A stretch of 64,000 bases of DNA from an uncultured Methylomirabilota bacterium. GTDB lineage: Bacteria > Methylomirabilota > Methylomirabilia > CAVQYV01. The number at the start of each line of letters is the position of its first letter. Position 1 is the stretch's first letter. The DNA lies in NCBI GenBank assembly GCA_963718295.1, contig CAVQYV010000003.1:16482-80481 (forward strand), given 5' to 3'. The position numbers and the translations under genes are program-made. This document shows positions 27,912-37,750 of the stretch, one piece after another. A model generated the notes under the pieces. It saw only the letters and a program-made list of their open reading frames with translations. It made no database searches and had not been told where the DNA came from.

Positions 27912-28919
27912 CTACCATGTTGTTCTGACGATTTTTAGGAGATCGTGCACGGTTTCAAAAGGCACATCAGGGCGAACTTCACCATCGGTGGTATAGAAAA
28001 AGCCATTCGGCCCACATCCCCTGAAGAAGGATTCCATCATATCGAATGGCTCCCCCAATCTCTCTTTGCCATCCAGTTCAAAAGGAAGGGGCAGGCCCAA
28101 GGAAACTCGCAGGGAATCCGACAACTCCTTCAGGGGTTTTAGATCAAACCCGCCAAATCGCTTGCCCAAGAGCACTACCCCGCTGGGCTTGAGCACTTCG
28201 CATAGCCTCTTGAGCGTCTCCAGGTGGATATCCCGCACCACCAGCACGGGGTAGGCATTGTAGAACCTTACGATGTTGAACAAGGTTCTGTAGGTGGAGG
28301 CAAATAGGTCCCGATAAGGCTCGATCTCCTCCCAGATCCCTTCTCCGATGATATCCTCCCTGAAGAATACCGAGTCCACCTTCAGCTCTGACAGCGCTCG
28401 TACGAGTTTTGTAATCAGGTTTCCCACCTGCGAGATATGCTCCTGCATCAGGGCGTCTTCGAAGAGAGGACAATGGAGCTTAAGCGTCCCGGCAAGCGCA
28501 CAGGGTCCGCTGACGACTCCCACCATGGCCACCTCTCTGCCCAAGGAGATCATTAGCCTCTTGGTGGTCTCCAGTACGATCGGGATCCTGCCCGAGGCAA
28601 GAAACTGCTCTGGTTTCAGGCTTCGGATGTCGCTGATCTCGCCCACCAGGTTGGGCTCTCCCAAGTCGCCGTTCCATACCACGCTGCACCCACAGGATTC
28701 GGCTTCTATACTCGAGTCATAACAATTGACGATGGCATCCAATTGGAAAAGCTTGTGAGAGGCTTCCAGGGAATGGGCATAATACGCGGGATCGTAGACC
28801 ATCTCTTTGAGCGGGACCTGCGTGACCCTGGCGGCGAGACCATAAAAAAAGGGGACGAAAACCCTTTTGCCGGCGTTCTTCAGCTGCAAGGTATTCCTGA
28901 ATGCGGTCTTGGGGGTCAT
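27912..28919 (-). CDS. URO-D family protein, paralog 3, embedded in the carboxylase operon
   Basis: 335 aa. MTPKTAFRNTLQL...DAIVNCYDSSIEAESCGCSVVWNGDLGEPNLVG is a classic URO-D/MtaA core. Confidence 0.8.
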   Translation of the reverse strand: MTPKTAFRNTLQLKNAGKRVFVPFFYGLAARVTQVPLKEMVYDPAYYAHSLEASHKLFQLDAIVNCYDSSIEAESCGCSVVWNGDLGEPNLVGEISDIRSLKPEQFLASGRIPIVLETTKRLMISLGREVAMVGVVSGPCALAGTLKLHCPLFEDALMQEHISQVGNLITKLVRALSELKVDSVFFREDIIGEGIWEEIEPYRDLFASTYRTLFNIVRFYNAYPVLVVRDIHLETLKRLCEVLKPSGVVLLGKRFGGFDLKPLKELSDSLRVSLGLPLPFELDGKERLGEPFDMMESFFRGCGPNGFFYTTDGEVRPDVPFETVHDLLKIVRTTW

Positions 28920-28964
28920 CTGTTCACTGACCGCGGTCTTGAGGGCGCATTCGGCGTCATATCT

Positions 28965-29306
28965 TCACTTGAGATATTTCTCTTTGAGCTTGTCGATATT
29001 CAGCTCGATGTCACGGGGTATGGGATGGCCTGGAGGCAAGTATTGTACTTCAACTTGAGATCCACATTGAGGACAGTAGAATTCGAGAATCCTCACCAGA
29101 TCGGGATCGGGTGCGTAGCTCACCCGTGCACCTTCGCCGACTTCCATCGGCTCCCCGTACACCTCGGCAGCCGGTCTCTCATGGACCAGACATCCCTTCA
29201 TGTAGGAGTCCCTCGCCGAGTAGAGCTCGGCATCGCATCGATTGCAGCGCCAAACCTCTTTTTCCAGATCAATATCCAGATACTCCGTCACTCTGATTCT
29301 TCTCAT
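28965..29306 (-). CDS. Small Zn-ribbon protein, putative acetone/acetophenone-carboxylase gamma-subunit-like
   Basis: 113 aa with two CxxC pairs (CNRCDAELYS, CPQCGSQ). It is translationally coupled to the upstream HyuA-like gene through an ATGA overlap. The family assignment rests on position and Zn-ribbon character. Confidence 0.5.
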   Translation of the reverse strand: MRRIRVTEYLDIDLEKEVWRCNRCDAELYSARDSYMKGCLVHERPAAEVYGEPMEVGEGARVSYAPDPDLVRILEFYCPQCGSQVEVQYLPPGHPIPRDIELNIDKLKEKYLK

Positions 29307-29308
29307 CG

Positions 29309-31357
29309 TCAGGCCTCCTTGATGACTCCGTTGCTGAATTCATCGATATGAAGAGATCTGTCGCTGGGAATCACGTAGGTCGTGTCTTTCGCCTCGATGA
29401 CGGCCGGACCGACAACCAGATTGCCAGGCAATAATCGATCTCTCTCATAAACGGGTGTGGCGATATGGCCAACCTCCGGGGACCAGAATACGCTCCGTTT
29501 CGTTTTCAGGGCTCTGGTTGGGTCTTGAGATGCCAATGGCCCTTTCGTGAGCTCAAAATGTGGCATGGGGACGACCGCATTCAGGATGATGGTGGAAACG
29601 GTCACTTTTTTGACCTGTGAACCGGCTGTCTTTCTGAACTCGCTGCATATGGCCTGGACATCTCTTTCCGATTGAACGAAAGGATTCTTGACGGTGACGC
29701 GAACTCCCCCCACTTCCTTATCTCCCACCAGATCGAGGTAGAAGAAGGCATCGTCCACGGAAAAGCCCTCTCCCTGAATATCTCTCTTTGCGAATTCCAT
29801 GTTCTCCTTCACCACCTGGTTGAAGGCATCATAATTGGTCAGGTAATTGACGCCATCACACAGGGTGATCGGAACGTGTCTGGGGTACATATGCAATAGG
29901 TCGGTGGTGGAGGATCCAAAAGCGCTGAACACCGAGGAATACGGGCTGATGAGAATCTGACTGAATCCCAGGTTATCGGGGAATCCGCAGCAATGGGTGG
30001 GTCCGGCTCCCCCAAACACGATGAGAGCCATGTGGCTTTGCTCAAATTCCTGCACTCCCTGTCTTTTCAGAAATTCTCGTATTTCGTCCCCTATTTTTTT
30101 CTCCGCTGTGATCCTGATCAGATGGGCCGCTTCATCCACGCCGATCTTCAAGGGCTCCGCTATTCTTGTCCTGATCGCCGAGATGGAACGATCCTTGTTC
30201 AGTTTCACCCTGCCGCCCAGAAAGTAATCAGGATCCAGCAACCCCAAAACCAAATCTGCGTCCGTTACGGTCGGATCCAAGCCCCCCAGGTTAAAGCAGG
30301 CTGGACCGGGCCTCGCCCCCGCGCTTTGAGGACCGATCTGGAGATTCTTCGAACCATCCAGATGGGCTATGGATCCACTGGCCAAGGGTCTCGAAACGGT
30401 GTAAATCATGGGCACGTTTACTGGAAGACCGGATATCTGGGGATTGTAGCTATACGGAAGGATACCATTTCTGATCACGCCGAGATCCAGACTGGTCCCC
30501 CCGTTGTCCACGGTCATCACACTCCCCAGATCGTACAGCTTGCCCATCTTGGCCGCGCCCAGCAATCCCAAAGCCGGTCCCGAGGAGAAGGTGTCGATCG
30601 CTCGGGTCTTGGCGACTCTGGCCACGCCCCCGTGGGAGTGGGCGATCATCAAGGAATGTTTGTACAGGTTCGCTTTCAGGTCGTCTTCCGCCTTATAGAG
30701 ATATCTGACCAGGGAGTCGTGGATGTATCCGTTGATGACGACTGCATTCGTTCGAAAGAAATCGCCGGGCTGATCCGAAACCTCAGAGGCCAGGAAGACC
30801 CGAACGCTGCCCAGATAGAAGTTGGGGTACTGTTCTTTGATGATCTTCTTGATCTGTTTCTCATGGGCTGGATTCAGATGGGAGTTCTTCAGGCTGACCA
30901 CGATGGCCCTGGCACCCATATCGATCAGATATTGCATACTCTCTATGACCTTATCCTTACTCAAGGAACTGGTGACGTCCCCTCGATCGTTGACGCCCTC
31001 CTGCACCTCTGTCACCATGTCGTGGGAAACCAGATCAAATATCGGCTCAGCCTCCTTTTGATCTTTGGCGTAGATCGTATCCTTGAACCCTTTGGTGACG
31101 ATCAGTCCGATTTTTGCCCCGCTTCGGGTGATTAAGGTGTTGACTCCAATCGTGCTCGAATATCTCACTACAGCCGTATTGGATAGTAGCTCCGCAATTG
31201 GGAGGTCCAACTGCTTAGCGGCCTCCTTGATGCAGTCGGCAAAACAAACCGTCAAATCGTGAGGCGTCGACAGTACCTTGACGGTCTTGAGCTCTCCATC
31301 CCGGGTGATAAAACCATCGGTAAAGGTCCCCCCCGTATCTATATCAATCGTGAACAT
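29309..31357 (-). CDS. Hydantoinase A (HyuA-like) family subunit, paralog 2
   Basis: Start MFTIDIDTGGTFTDGF after a GGAGGGGTG RBS (M19 of the listed ORF). About 680 aa of HyuA family pattern. The antisense ORF 29993..31135 is a shadow. Confidence 0.9.
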   Translation of the reverse strand: MFTIDIDTGGTFTDGFITRDGELKTVKVLSTPHDLTVCFADCIKEAAKQLDLPIAELLSNTAVVRYSSTIGVNTLITRSGAKIGLIVTKGFKDTIYAKDQKEAEPIFDLVSHDMVTEVQEGVNDRGDVTSSLSKDKVIESMQYLIDMGARAIVVSLKNSHLNPAHEKQIKKIIKEQYPNFYLGSVRVFLASEVSDQPGDFFRTNAVVINGYIHDSLVRYLYKAEDDLKANLYKHSLMIAHSHGGVARVAKTRAIDTFSSGPALGLLGAAKMGKLYDLGSVMTVDNGGTSLDLGVIRNGILPYSYNPQISGLPVNVPMIYTVSRPLASGSIAHLDGSKNLQIGPQSAGARPGPACFNLGGLDPTVTDADLVLGLLDPDYFLGGRVKLNKDRSISAIRTRIAEPLKIGVDEAAHLIRITAEKKIGDEIREFLKRQGVQEFEQSHMALIVFGGAGPTHCCGFPDNLGFSQILISPYSSVFSAFGSSTTDLLHMYPRHVPITLCDGVNYLTNYDAFNQVVKENMEFAKRDIQGEGFSVDDAFFYLDLVGDKEVGGVRVTVKNPFVQSERDVQAICSEFRKTAGSQVKKVTVSTIILNAVVPMPHFELTKGPLASQDPTRALKTKRSVFWSPEVGHIATPVYERDRLLPGNLVVGPAVIEAKDTTYVIPSDRSLHIDEFSNGVIKEA

Positions 31358-32088
31358 CAGCACCCCTCCTCTCCCTGGGATTGCATTGTATAAAAGCGAA
31401 TCCAGACTCAATTACAGATAACGGCACTTGATAACCCCCAAATATCCATAATTGAGGCTGCGCTGCTGCACTCATGAAGGCAGTTTCACTCGAACCTATT
31501 GCGGATTCCTCGTTTGCCCGTCTCAGAAGCGAAATCATGCGGACCTGGCAGCTGGTTGCACGTCAGCCCCGGAGGAGCACTGGCTGCCCGGCAAGAGGCA
31601 CAACTCCAAAGGCTGACCCGATTCCGATGATGTCCCCTCGCTCCGAGCCTATTTACCTTCCTCAAACTTAATTGTCAATGGCTTTTCTTGCCATCTTATA
31701 AGATCGTTGTCAACACATGATCCAAAGAATCTGCAGGGCCGAAGAGAACGGACCTCCCCGCAGCAAGCTGCGGGGTAGCGCAGGGTGAGGGTTCCACCCC
31801 GACCGATGCAACCATTGGAGGATTTGCCCTGTAGGGATGAAAAGGCCCCTGGCAAGAGAGAAGACTGCCCATCCTACGCTTCCAGGGCAATCACATCATC
31901 AGGCCCCTTACAGGCCCTTTTCAAAATGATCCAAATCCTCTATGATCTGTTTCATCGAAGCCCTCGCAAAAAACCGCGAGCTCGTGCTCGCTGGGCATGA
32001 TCCTGAAACGAAGGAAAGGCACTCCTTTGCGGATTGAGCGCCTCTTCCTTCCCTTCATACCCGATGGATAACGAAAGGAGCACACCGC

Positions 32089-33540
32089 ATGGATCCTCAG
32101 ACCTTTCGCCGCTATGGCCACGAGTTAGTGGACTGGGTCGCCGATTACCTTCAGAAGGTCGAGCGCTATCCGGTCCTCTCCCGGGTTGCTCCGGGAGAGA
32201 TACGGAAAAAGATCCCTGCTGGCCCTCCCCAGTCGGGAGAGCCGATGGAGGACATCCTGAAGGACTTTGAGGAGACCATCCTGCCCGGGATCACCCACTG
32301 GAATCATCCCCGTTTCTTCGCTTATTTCCCGGCCAATAACAGCGGTCCCTCGATCCTGGCCGAACTTCTCTCCTCGGGGCTGGGTGTCAATGCCATGCTC
32401 TGGCAGACCTCCCCCGCTGCCACGGAGCTGGAAGAGGCGGTGATGGACTGGCTGCGCCAGATGATCGGCCTGCCCCAGAGTTTCCGGGGGGCGATCCAGG
32501 ATACCGCTTCCACAGCCACGCTCTGTGCCCTGCTCTGCGCCCGAGAGCGCATATCCCAGTTTCAGATCAATGCGGGAGGATTTTCCGCCTGGTCGGGATC
32601 GGGAAACGGGCCCCTCCGGATCTATACCTCTTCCGAGGCGCACTCCTCGGTGGAGAAGGGTTTGAAGATCGCCGGTTTTGGCGCCCAGAATCTGACCCTG
32701 GTCTCGGTGGATAAAGCCTACGGGATGGATCCAAAAGATTTGGAAAGACGAATTCAAGCGGATCGGGATCAGGGACTCTCTCCGTGCTGCGTCGTCGCCA
32801 CGGTGGGGACCACCTCTTCCACGGCTTTGGACCCTCTGAGGCCCATCGGCGAGATCGCGCAGCGGCACGGACTCTGGCTTCATGTGGATGCCGCCCTGGC
32901 GGGAAGTGCCGCTATCTTGCCCGAGATGCGTTGGATTTTGGACGGAGTGGAACAGGTCGATTCCTTTGTCTTCAATCCTCACAAGTGGCTCTTCACCAAC
33001 TTCGACTGCTCCGCCTTTTTCTGCCGCCATCCCCAGGTCTTGACCGCCACCTTTTCCATCCTCCCCGAATATCTCAAGACCGACCTGGATCGGCAGGTGA
33101 CCAATTTCCGCGACTGGGGCATCCAACTGGGCCGCCGCTTCCGCGCCCTGAAGCTCTGGTTCGTCCTGCGCTATTATGGGGTGGAAGGCCTACAGGCAAT
33201 ACTTCGCGAGCACCTGACCCTGGCCCAGGAATTCAAGGAGTGGGTGGAAGAGAGTCCGGACTTCGAGGTCCTGGCCCCCGTCCCCTTGAACACGATTTGC
33301 TTCCGGTTCCAACCGGGAAAGCGGACGGCCCAAATCCCTCCTCCGGAGGAGCTGGAGAGGCTGAACAAGGCCCTGCTGGATGAGGTCAACCGCTCGGGGA
33401 GGATCTTCATGACCCACACCAAACTGGGAGGCAAGTTTTCCCTTCGCCTCTGTATCGGACAGACCCAGACCCGGCGCGAGCATGTGGCCCAAGCCTGGGA
33501 GGCCCTGCGGGCAACTCGGGTGGTCAGGGAATGGCGTTAG
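32089..33540 (+). CDS. Pyridoxal-phosphate-dependent group II decarboxylase (aromatic-L-amino-acid / tyrosine decarboxylase-like)
   Basis: 483 aa with the NPHKW lysine motif (FVFNPHKWLFT), HAD..A and the DDC-family pattern. Confidence 0.9.
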   Translation: MDPQTFRRYGHELVDWVADYLQKVERYPVLSRVAPGEIRKKIPAGPPQSGEPMEDILKDFEETILPGITHWNHPRFFAYFPANNSGPSILAELLSSGLGVNAMLWQTSPAATELEEAVMDWLRQMIGLPQSFRGAIQDTASTATLCALLCARERISQFQINAGGFSAWSGSGNGPLRIYTSSEAHSSVEKGLKIAGFGAQNLTLVSVDKAYGMDPKDLERRIQADRDQGLSPCCVVATVGTTSSTALDPLRPIGEIAQRHGLWLHVDAALAGSAAILPEMRWILDGVEQVDSFVFNPHKWLFTNFDCSAFFCRHPQVLTATFSILPEYLKTDLDRQVTNFRDWGIQLGRRFRALKLWFVLRYYGVEGLQAILREHLTLAQEFKEWVEESPDFEVLAPVPLNTICFRFQPGKRTAQIPPPEELERLNKALLDEVNRSGRIFMTHTKLGGKFSLRLCIGQTQTRREHVAQAWEALRATRVVREWR

Positions 33541-33574
33541 TGGCAAAGGCCGCGAGACAGGCCGCGATCCACCA

Positions 33575-34822
33575 TTAGACGTAGAAGGCCATGCTGGCGA
33601 AGGTCACGGTGCCTTGAGGGTCGGGCCATTGCCCATATTTGAGGAGTTTGCCTTCCCCGGCAGGGACTGCAGCCAGTGTGGCCAGCAGAGCATAGATGGC
33701 AGAGAGCCCGCAGATCTTTCTTTGGTTCTTCTCCTTCTGAATCTCCCCAAAGAACCCTTCACTATCCACCCTTTCGATCTGCCGGATCAATTCCTGATCC
33801 TCGCAGGCAATGGACCTCCAATCCATCTCCCCCAAGGGATACCGGTCCCCGAAGCGAGGACCCATGTGGGCGAGGTCCACGCTGGCGAGGACGCAGATCC
33901 GATCTCCCCGAAGGACCATGGCCTCCTTCAGGGCATTCAGGAGGGAAGAGATGTGAGGATCCTGCAGCGGCGATTGCCCCTTGTCGATCAGATCTTGGAA
34001 GGAGGAGCAGAGGATGGGAACCACTCTGACGGGCCGTGAATCTCCAAAGATATAACGTAGAAAGACCATCTGCAATTCCAGGGAGTGCTCGGCCCGATGG
34101 GCAATCTCCTCTGCGAAGGGATCATAAGGGCATTTCCCCGCGAGAAAGGCAACCAGATCCTGATCCGCCTCCAGGTTTCCCAGGGGAGTGGAAAATCCTT
34201 TCCGGGTGAGGATGAAGCGGCTCTGAGCCTCGACGTGTAAGGTCCCGAGAATCACAAAGGTATCGGCATTGGAGGACTCCGCAATCTCCTTGTAGGCGAA
34301 GGCATAACAGGCTCCACCCCTGGAGTAATCGATATGGGGGATGATGGCCCCCCTCAAGGGCCTGCTGGCTGGCCTCCTCTCTGCCACCGCCTCGGGCATT
34401 CTCCCCGGGCCTTCTGGGCTCAGGAAATAGGAAGAGAGCTGTTCAGATAGCTGGACTGGGTCCGATTCATAGCTCTTCCCGGCCAGCGTGGCCTTCCTGA
34501 TTGAGGAAGAGCCAAACTCCTTTTCGACCTCCCTCTTATGCTGGACAAATCGCTCATTATCCAACAGTAGATGATTGTCCAGTTGGTGGACGATTTCGCC
34601 AATCGTCTCCTGGAAAAGGAGATCTCCATACCGACGCATATACTCTGCCTGGATGTCCAGGAACGAGTGATTTCCGTCGAAAAGGCTGATCACGAAAAAG
34701 GTGGGCTCGGGAACCAGAACGGTTTGCTCTGAATACAGGAGGGGATCGCGGAGACAGATCATCCTTCGCCCGGAGATCTCAGCGGGAAAGGCCTCAATGC
34801 TACGTATCTTCGGAAATTCCAT
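33575..34822 (-). CDS. Memo-like protein (AmmeMemoRadiSam system protein B family) with an ~170-aa N-terminal extension
   Basis: GAIIPHIDYSRGGACYAFAYKEI is the Memo signature. The downstream ...VLASVDLAHMGPRFGD fits the same family. Confidence 0.7.
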   Translation of the reverse strand: MEFPKIRSIEAFPAEISGRRMICLRDPLLYSEQTVLVPEPTFFVISLFDGNHSFLDIQAEYMRRYGDLLFQETIGEIVHQLDNHLLLDNERFVQHKREVEKEFGSSSIRKATLAGKSYESDPVQLSEQLSSYFLSPEGPGRMPEAVAERRPASRPLRGAIIPHIDYSRGGACYAFAYKEIAESSNADTFVILGTLHVEAQSRFILTRKGFSTPLGNLEADQDLVAFLAGKCPYDPFAEEIAHRAEHSLELQMVFLRYIFGDSRPVRVVPILCSSFQDLIDKGQSPLQDPHISSLLNALKEAMVLRGDRICVLASVDLAHMGPRFGDRYPLGEMDWRSIACEDQELIRQIERVDSEGFFGEIQKEKNQRKICGLSAIYALLATLAAVPAGEGKLLKYGQWPDPQGTVTFASMAFYV

Positions 34823-35085
34823 CCGATGTTCTCCTTTTCTTTGTCTCCCCTTCGCCGTGCGGAGCCAAGGTGCAAGACCGAGGCCCTCCCTTTTTACAGG
34901 CGAAACCCGATTTCGTCAAGGCCCCCCCTTCCCTCATCTGGCACCTTCCATCCGTCCCCCTCCTTTCCCGAACTTCCTTGACCCAAGCGGATCAGCATGG
35001 TATAAGGGCTCCCATGAGGGGAGCCTGGAAACTGGCTCCCACGAGCCATGTGACATGAATCATCTGCTTATGGGGAGGGAACGAG

Positions 35086-35196
35086 ATGAAAAAGTGGCGC
35101 TGTACGGTGTGCGGTTACATCCATCAAGGGCCGGAGCCGCCTGCCACCTGCCCGCTCTGTGGGGCATCCAAGGACAAATTCGTCCCGGTGGAATAG
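35086..35196 (+). CDS. 36-aa rubredoxin-like zinc-ribbon mini-protein
   Basis: [36 protein letters not shown] has two CxxC knuckles with rubredoxin-like spacing. A GAGGGAA RBS precedes it. The ORF is below the track length cut-off. Confidence 0.5.
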   Translation: MKKWRCTVCGYIHQGPEPPATCPLCGASKDKFVPVE

Positions 35197-35226
35197 GCGC
35201 AACAAGAAGGAGAAGGAGAAACATCC

Positions 35227-36327
35227 ATGGCCGGATCCGAGATGAAGAGGATTGGGGTATTGACAGGAGGGGGGGACTGCCCGGGCCTGAATGCCGTGAT
35301 CCGGGCGGTGGTCCGGACCGCGATCGGGAATTATGGACTGGCGGTTGTCGGCATTGAGGATGGCTATGAGGGTCTGATCCTGCCGGACAAGACCAGGGAT
35401 CTCACCCTGAATGACATTCGGGGAATCCTTCCTCGGGGAGGCACCATCCTGGGCACCACCAATCGGGCAAACCCCTTTGCCTGGGGGGTCGAGAGGAATG
35501 GGGAGGTAAAGTTCGAGGATGTCTCTGCCACGGTAATCTCCCGGGTAGAAGCCCTGGGGCTCGATGCCCTGGTGGTGATCGGCGGGGACGGCTCCCTCAG
35601 GATCGCCCAGAAACTGTCGCACATGGGAATCCGCCTGGTGGGAGTCCCCAAGACCATCGATAATGATATCTCCGCCACCGATGTCACCTTTGGTTTCAAT
35701 ACTGCAATGACCACTGCCACCGAGGCCCTGGACAAGCTGCATACCACCGCAGAGAGCCACCATCGGGTCATCATCCTGGAGCTGATGGGCCGATACGTGG
35801 GCTGGATCGCCCTGGAGGCGGGGATGGCTGGGGGAGCCGATGTGATCCTCATTCCCGAGATTCCCTTTGATCTGGGTCGGGTCTGCGAGAAGATCTATAC
35901 CAGGAAGGAGAGAGGATCTCGGTTCAGCATCGTGGTGGTCGCGGAGGGGGCTTATCCGTTGGGAGGGCAGGTGGTGGTCAAAGAAGCTGCCGTGGGGGCC
36001 AAATACACGGAGAGGCTGGGAGGCGTCGGTGAGAAGGTGGGTGATGCCATTGCCAAGTGTACGGGGATGGAGGTCAGGGTGACCGTCCTGGGGCACATCC
36101 AGAGGGGCGGCTCCCCCACCTGCTTCGACCGAAACCTGGGATCCCGGTTCGGGGCCGCGGCAGTGAAGGCCCTCATGGAGGGGCAATTCGGTAAAATGGT
36201 CTGCCTCAGGACCCCCCATATCCAGCTGGCCACCTTGGAGGAGGCCGTGGGAGTGACGAAGTCGGTGAACCCGGAGGGGGAAATGGTGAAGACCGCAGAG
36301 GCCCTCGGGATCACAATGGGACGCTGA
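35227..36327 (+). CDS. 6-phosphofructokinase (PfkA family; ATP- or PPi-dependent not resolved)
   Basis: MKRIGVLTGGGDCPGLNAVIRAVV, VIGGDGS and MGR motifs. 366 aa. The antisense ORF 35068..36219 is a shadow. Confidence 0.9.
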   Translation: MAGSEMKRIGVLTGGGDCPGLNAVIRAVVRTAIGNYGLAVVGIEDGYEGLILPDKTRDLTLNDIRGILPRGGTILGTTNRANPFAWGVERNGEVKFEDVSATVISRVEALGLDALVVIGGDGSLRIAQKLSHMGIRLVGVPKTIDNDISATDVTFGFNTAMTTATEALDKLHTTAESHHRVIILELMGRYVGWIALEAGMAGGADVILIPEIPFDLGRVCEKIYTRKERGSRFSIVVVAEGAYPLGGQVVVKEAAVGAKYTERLGGVGEKVGDAIAKCTGMEVRVTVLGHIQRGGSPTCFDRNLGSRFGAAAVKALMEGQFGKMVCLRTPHIQLATLEEAVGVTKSVNPEGEMVKTAEALGITMGR

Positions 36328-36373
36328 GGATAAGATATCATAGACCTATAGGGGAGAGAGGCAAGGGACAAGC

Positions 36374-37618
36374 ATGGGGCTGGATTTCGATCGAGTGAGC
36401 AAAAGGATTGAGGGATACCAGGACGAGATGGTGGCGCTCCAGGCGGATCTGACGGCACTTCCCGCCCTGGGGCCGGAGAACGGGGGCGAGGGGGAACAGG
36501 AGAAGGCCCAGCGCCTGCTCCGTTTTCTGGAGGGACTGGGATCTTTAGAGATAGACGAGATCCGGGCGCCCGACAGCCGGGTCTCCTGTGGCTTCAGACC
36601 CAACCTGGTCGCCCGCACGAGAGGGAGAAGCTCTCACCCTGCCGTCTGGGTGCTGACCCACATGGATGTGGTGCCTGCCGGAGAAGCCTCGCTCTGGACC
36701 AAGAATCCTTTCCGGCTCTGGATTGAGGATGGAAAGATCTACGGTCGGGGCGTGGAGGACAACCAGCAAAGCATGGTCGCCTCCCTCTTCGCCCTGAAGG
36801 CCCTGCAGGAGGAGGGAATCGAGCCCTCTCGAGGAATTGGATTGGCCATGGTGGCCGACGAAGAGACCGGCAGCCGCTTGGGCCTCCAGCACCTCCTCCA
36901 GGAACGTCCAGGGCTCTTTCATCCCTCGGACCTGATCATCGTTCCCGACTTCGGGGAGCCGGAGGGGAGCCAGATCGAGATCGCCGAAAAGAGCATTCTC
37001 TGGCTGAAGTTTCAAGTCCTCGGAAAACAGTGCCACGCCAGCCGGCCCCAGGACGGCATCAATACCCTGCGGGCCGCGTCTCATCTGGTGGTAAAGCTGG
37101 ATCGCCTGCTTGGACTCTTCCCTAAGACCGATTCCCTCTTCGATCCTCCTGCTTCCACCTTCGAGCCCACCAAGAAGGAGGCCAATGTCCCCAACATCAA
37201 CACCATCCCGGGGGAGGATGTCTTTTATCTGGATTGCCGGATCCTTCCTCAGTATCAGTTGGAGCAGGTGGAGGCAAAGATCGGAGAATTGGTGAGAGAA
37301 ATCGAAGGGGAGCTCGGGGTAAAGATCCACACCAGCCCCGCCCAAAGGGATCAGGCTGCTCCTCCCACTTCTCCCGAGGCCCCCGTAGTGAAAATGGCCG
37401 CCCGGGCCCTTAATGAGGTCTATCAAAAGGAAGCCCGGATCGTGGGAATCGGGGGAGGGACCGTGGCTGCCTTCTTCCGCAGGCGTGGCTATCCCGTGGC
37501 GGCCTTTTCCCGAATCGATCGAACCGCCCACCAGCCTAACGAATACAGCCGAATTGAGAATATGTTGGGCGATTGTCGGGTTCTCGCTCATTGCTTCTTG
37601 CAACCACCCGCGGCATAG
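36374..37618 (+). CDS. M20-family metallopeptidase/deacylase (ArgE/DapE/CPG2-like)
   Basis: 414 aa with H.D metal ligands (VLTHMDVV), a GRG.D/E region and a dimerisation-domain pattern. Confidence 0.85.
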   Translation: MGLDFDRVSKRIEGYQDEMVALQADLTALPALGPENGGEGEQEKAQRLLRFLEGLGSLEIDEIRAPDSRVSCGFRPNLVARTRGRSSHPAVWVLTHMDVVPAGEASLWTKNPFRLWIEDGKIYGRGVEDNQQSMVASLFALKALQEEGIEPSRGIGLAMVADEETGSRLGLQHLLQERPGLFHPSDLIIVPDFGEPEGSQIEIAEKSILWLKFQVLGKQCHASRPQDGINTLRAASHLVVKLDRLLGLFPKTDSLFDPPASTFEPTKKEANVPNINTIPGEDVFYLDCRILPQYQLEQVEAKIGELVREIEGELGVKIHTSPAQRDQAAPPTSPEAPVVKMAARALNEVYQKEARIVGIGGGTVAAFFRRRGYPVAAFSRIDRTAHQPNEYSRIENMLGDCRVLAHCFLQPPAA

Positions 37619-37750
37619 GCTATCATGATGTGCGGGAAGGGGAAGCGCGAAGACGAATTCGCTGGAAGGCACGTCCACGGAAGCATCGGTGTCACTTCAA
37701 CCTGAGTATTTGTGAATGCATTGGCATCATACTCATCAAGGAGGAATGAG

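Noticed and set aside
31412-32088. A 677-bp AT-richer divergent intergenic region between the carboxylase operon and the decarboxylase gene was scanned for a sigma54 promoter (TGGCTTTTCTTGCC at about 31690) and for small ORFs.
   Set aside because: The GG/GC spacing is two bases short of the -24/-12 consensus. The listed small ORFs have no support. The region is probably regulatory but no specific site can be called.
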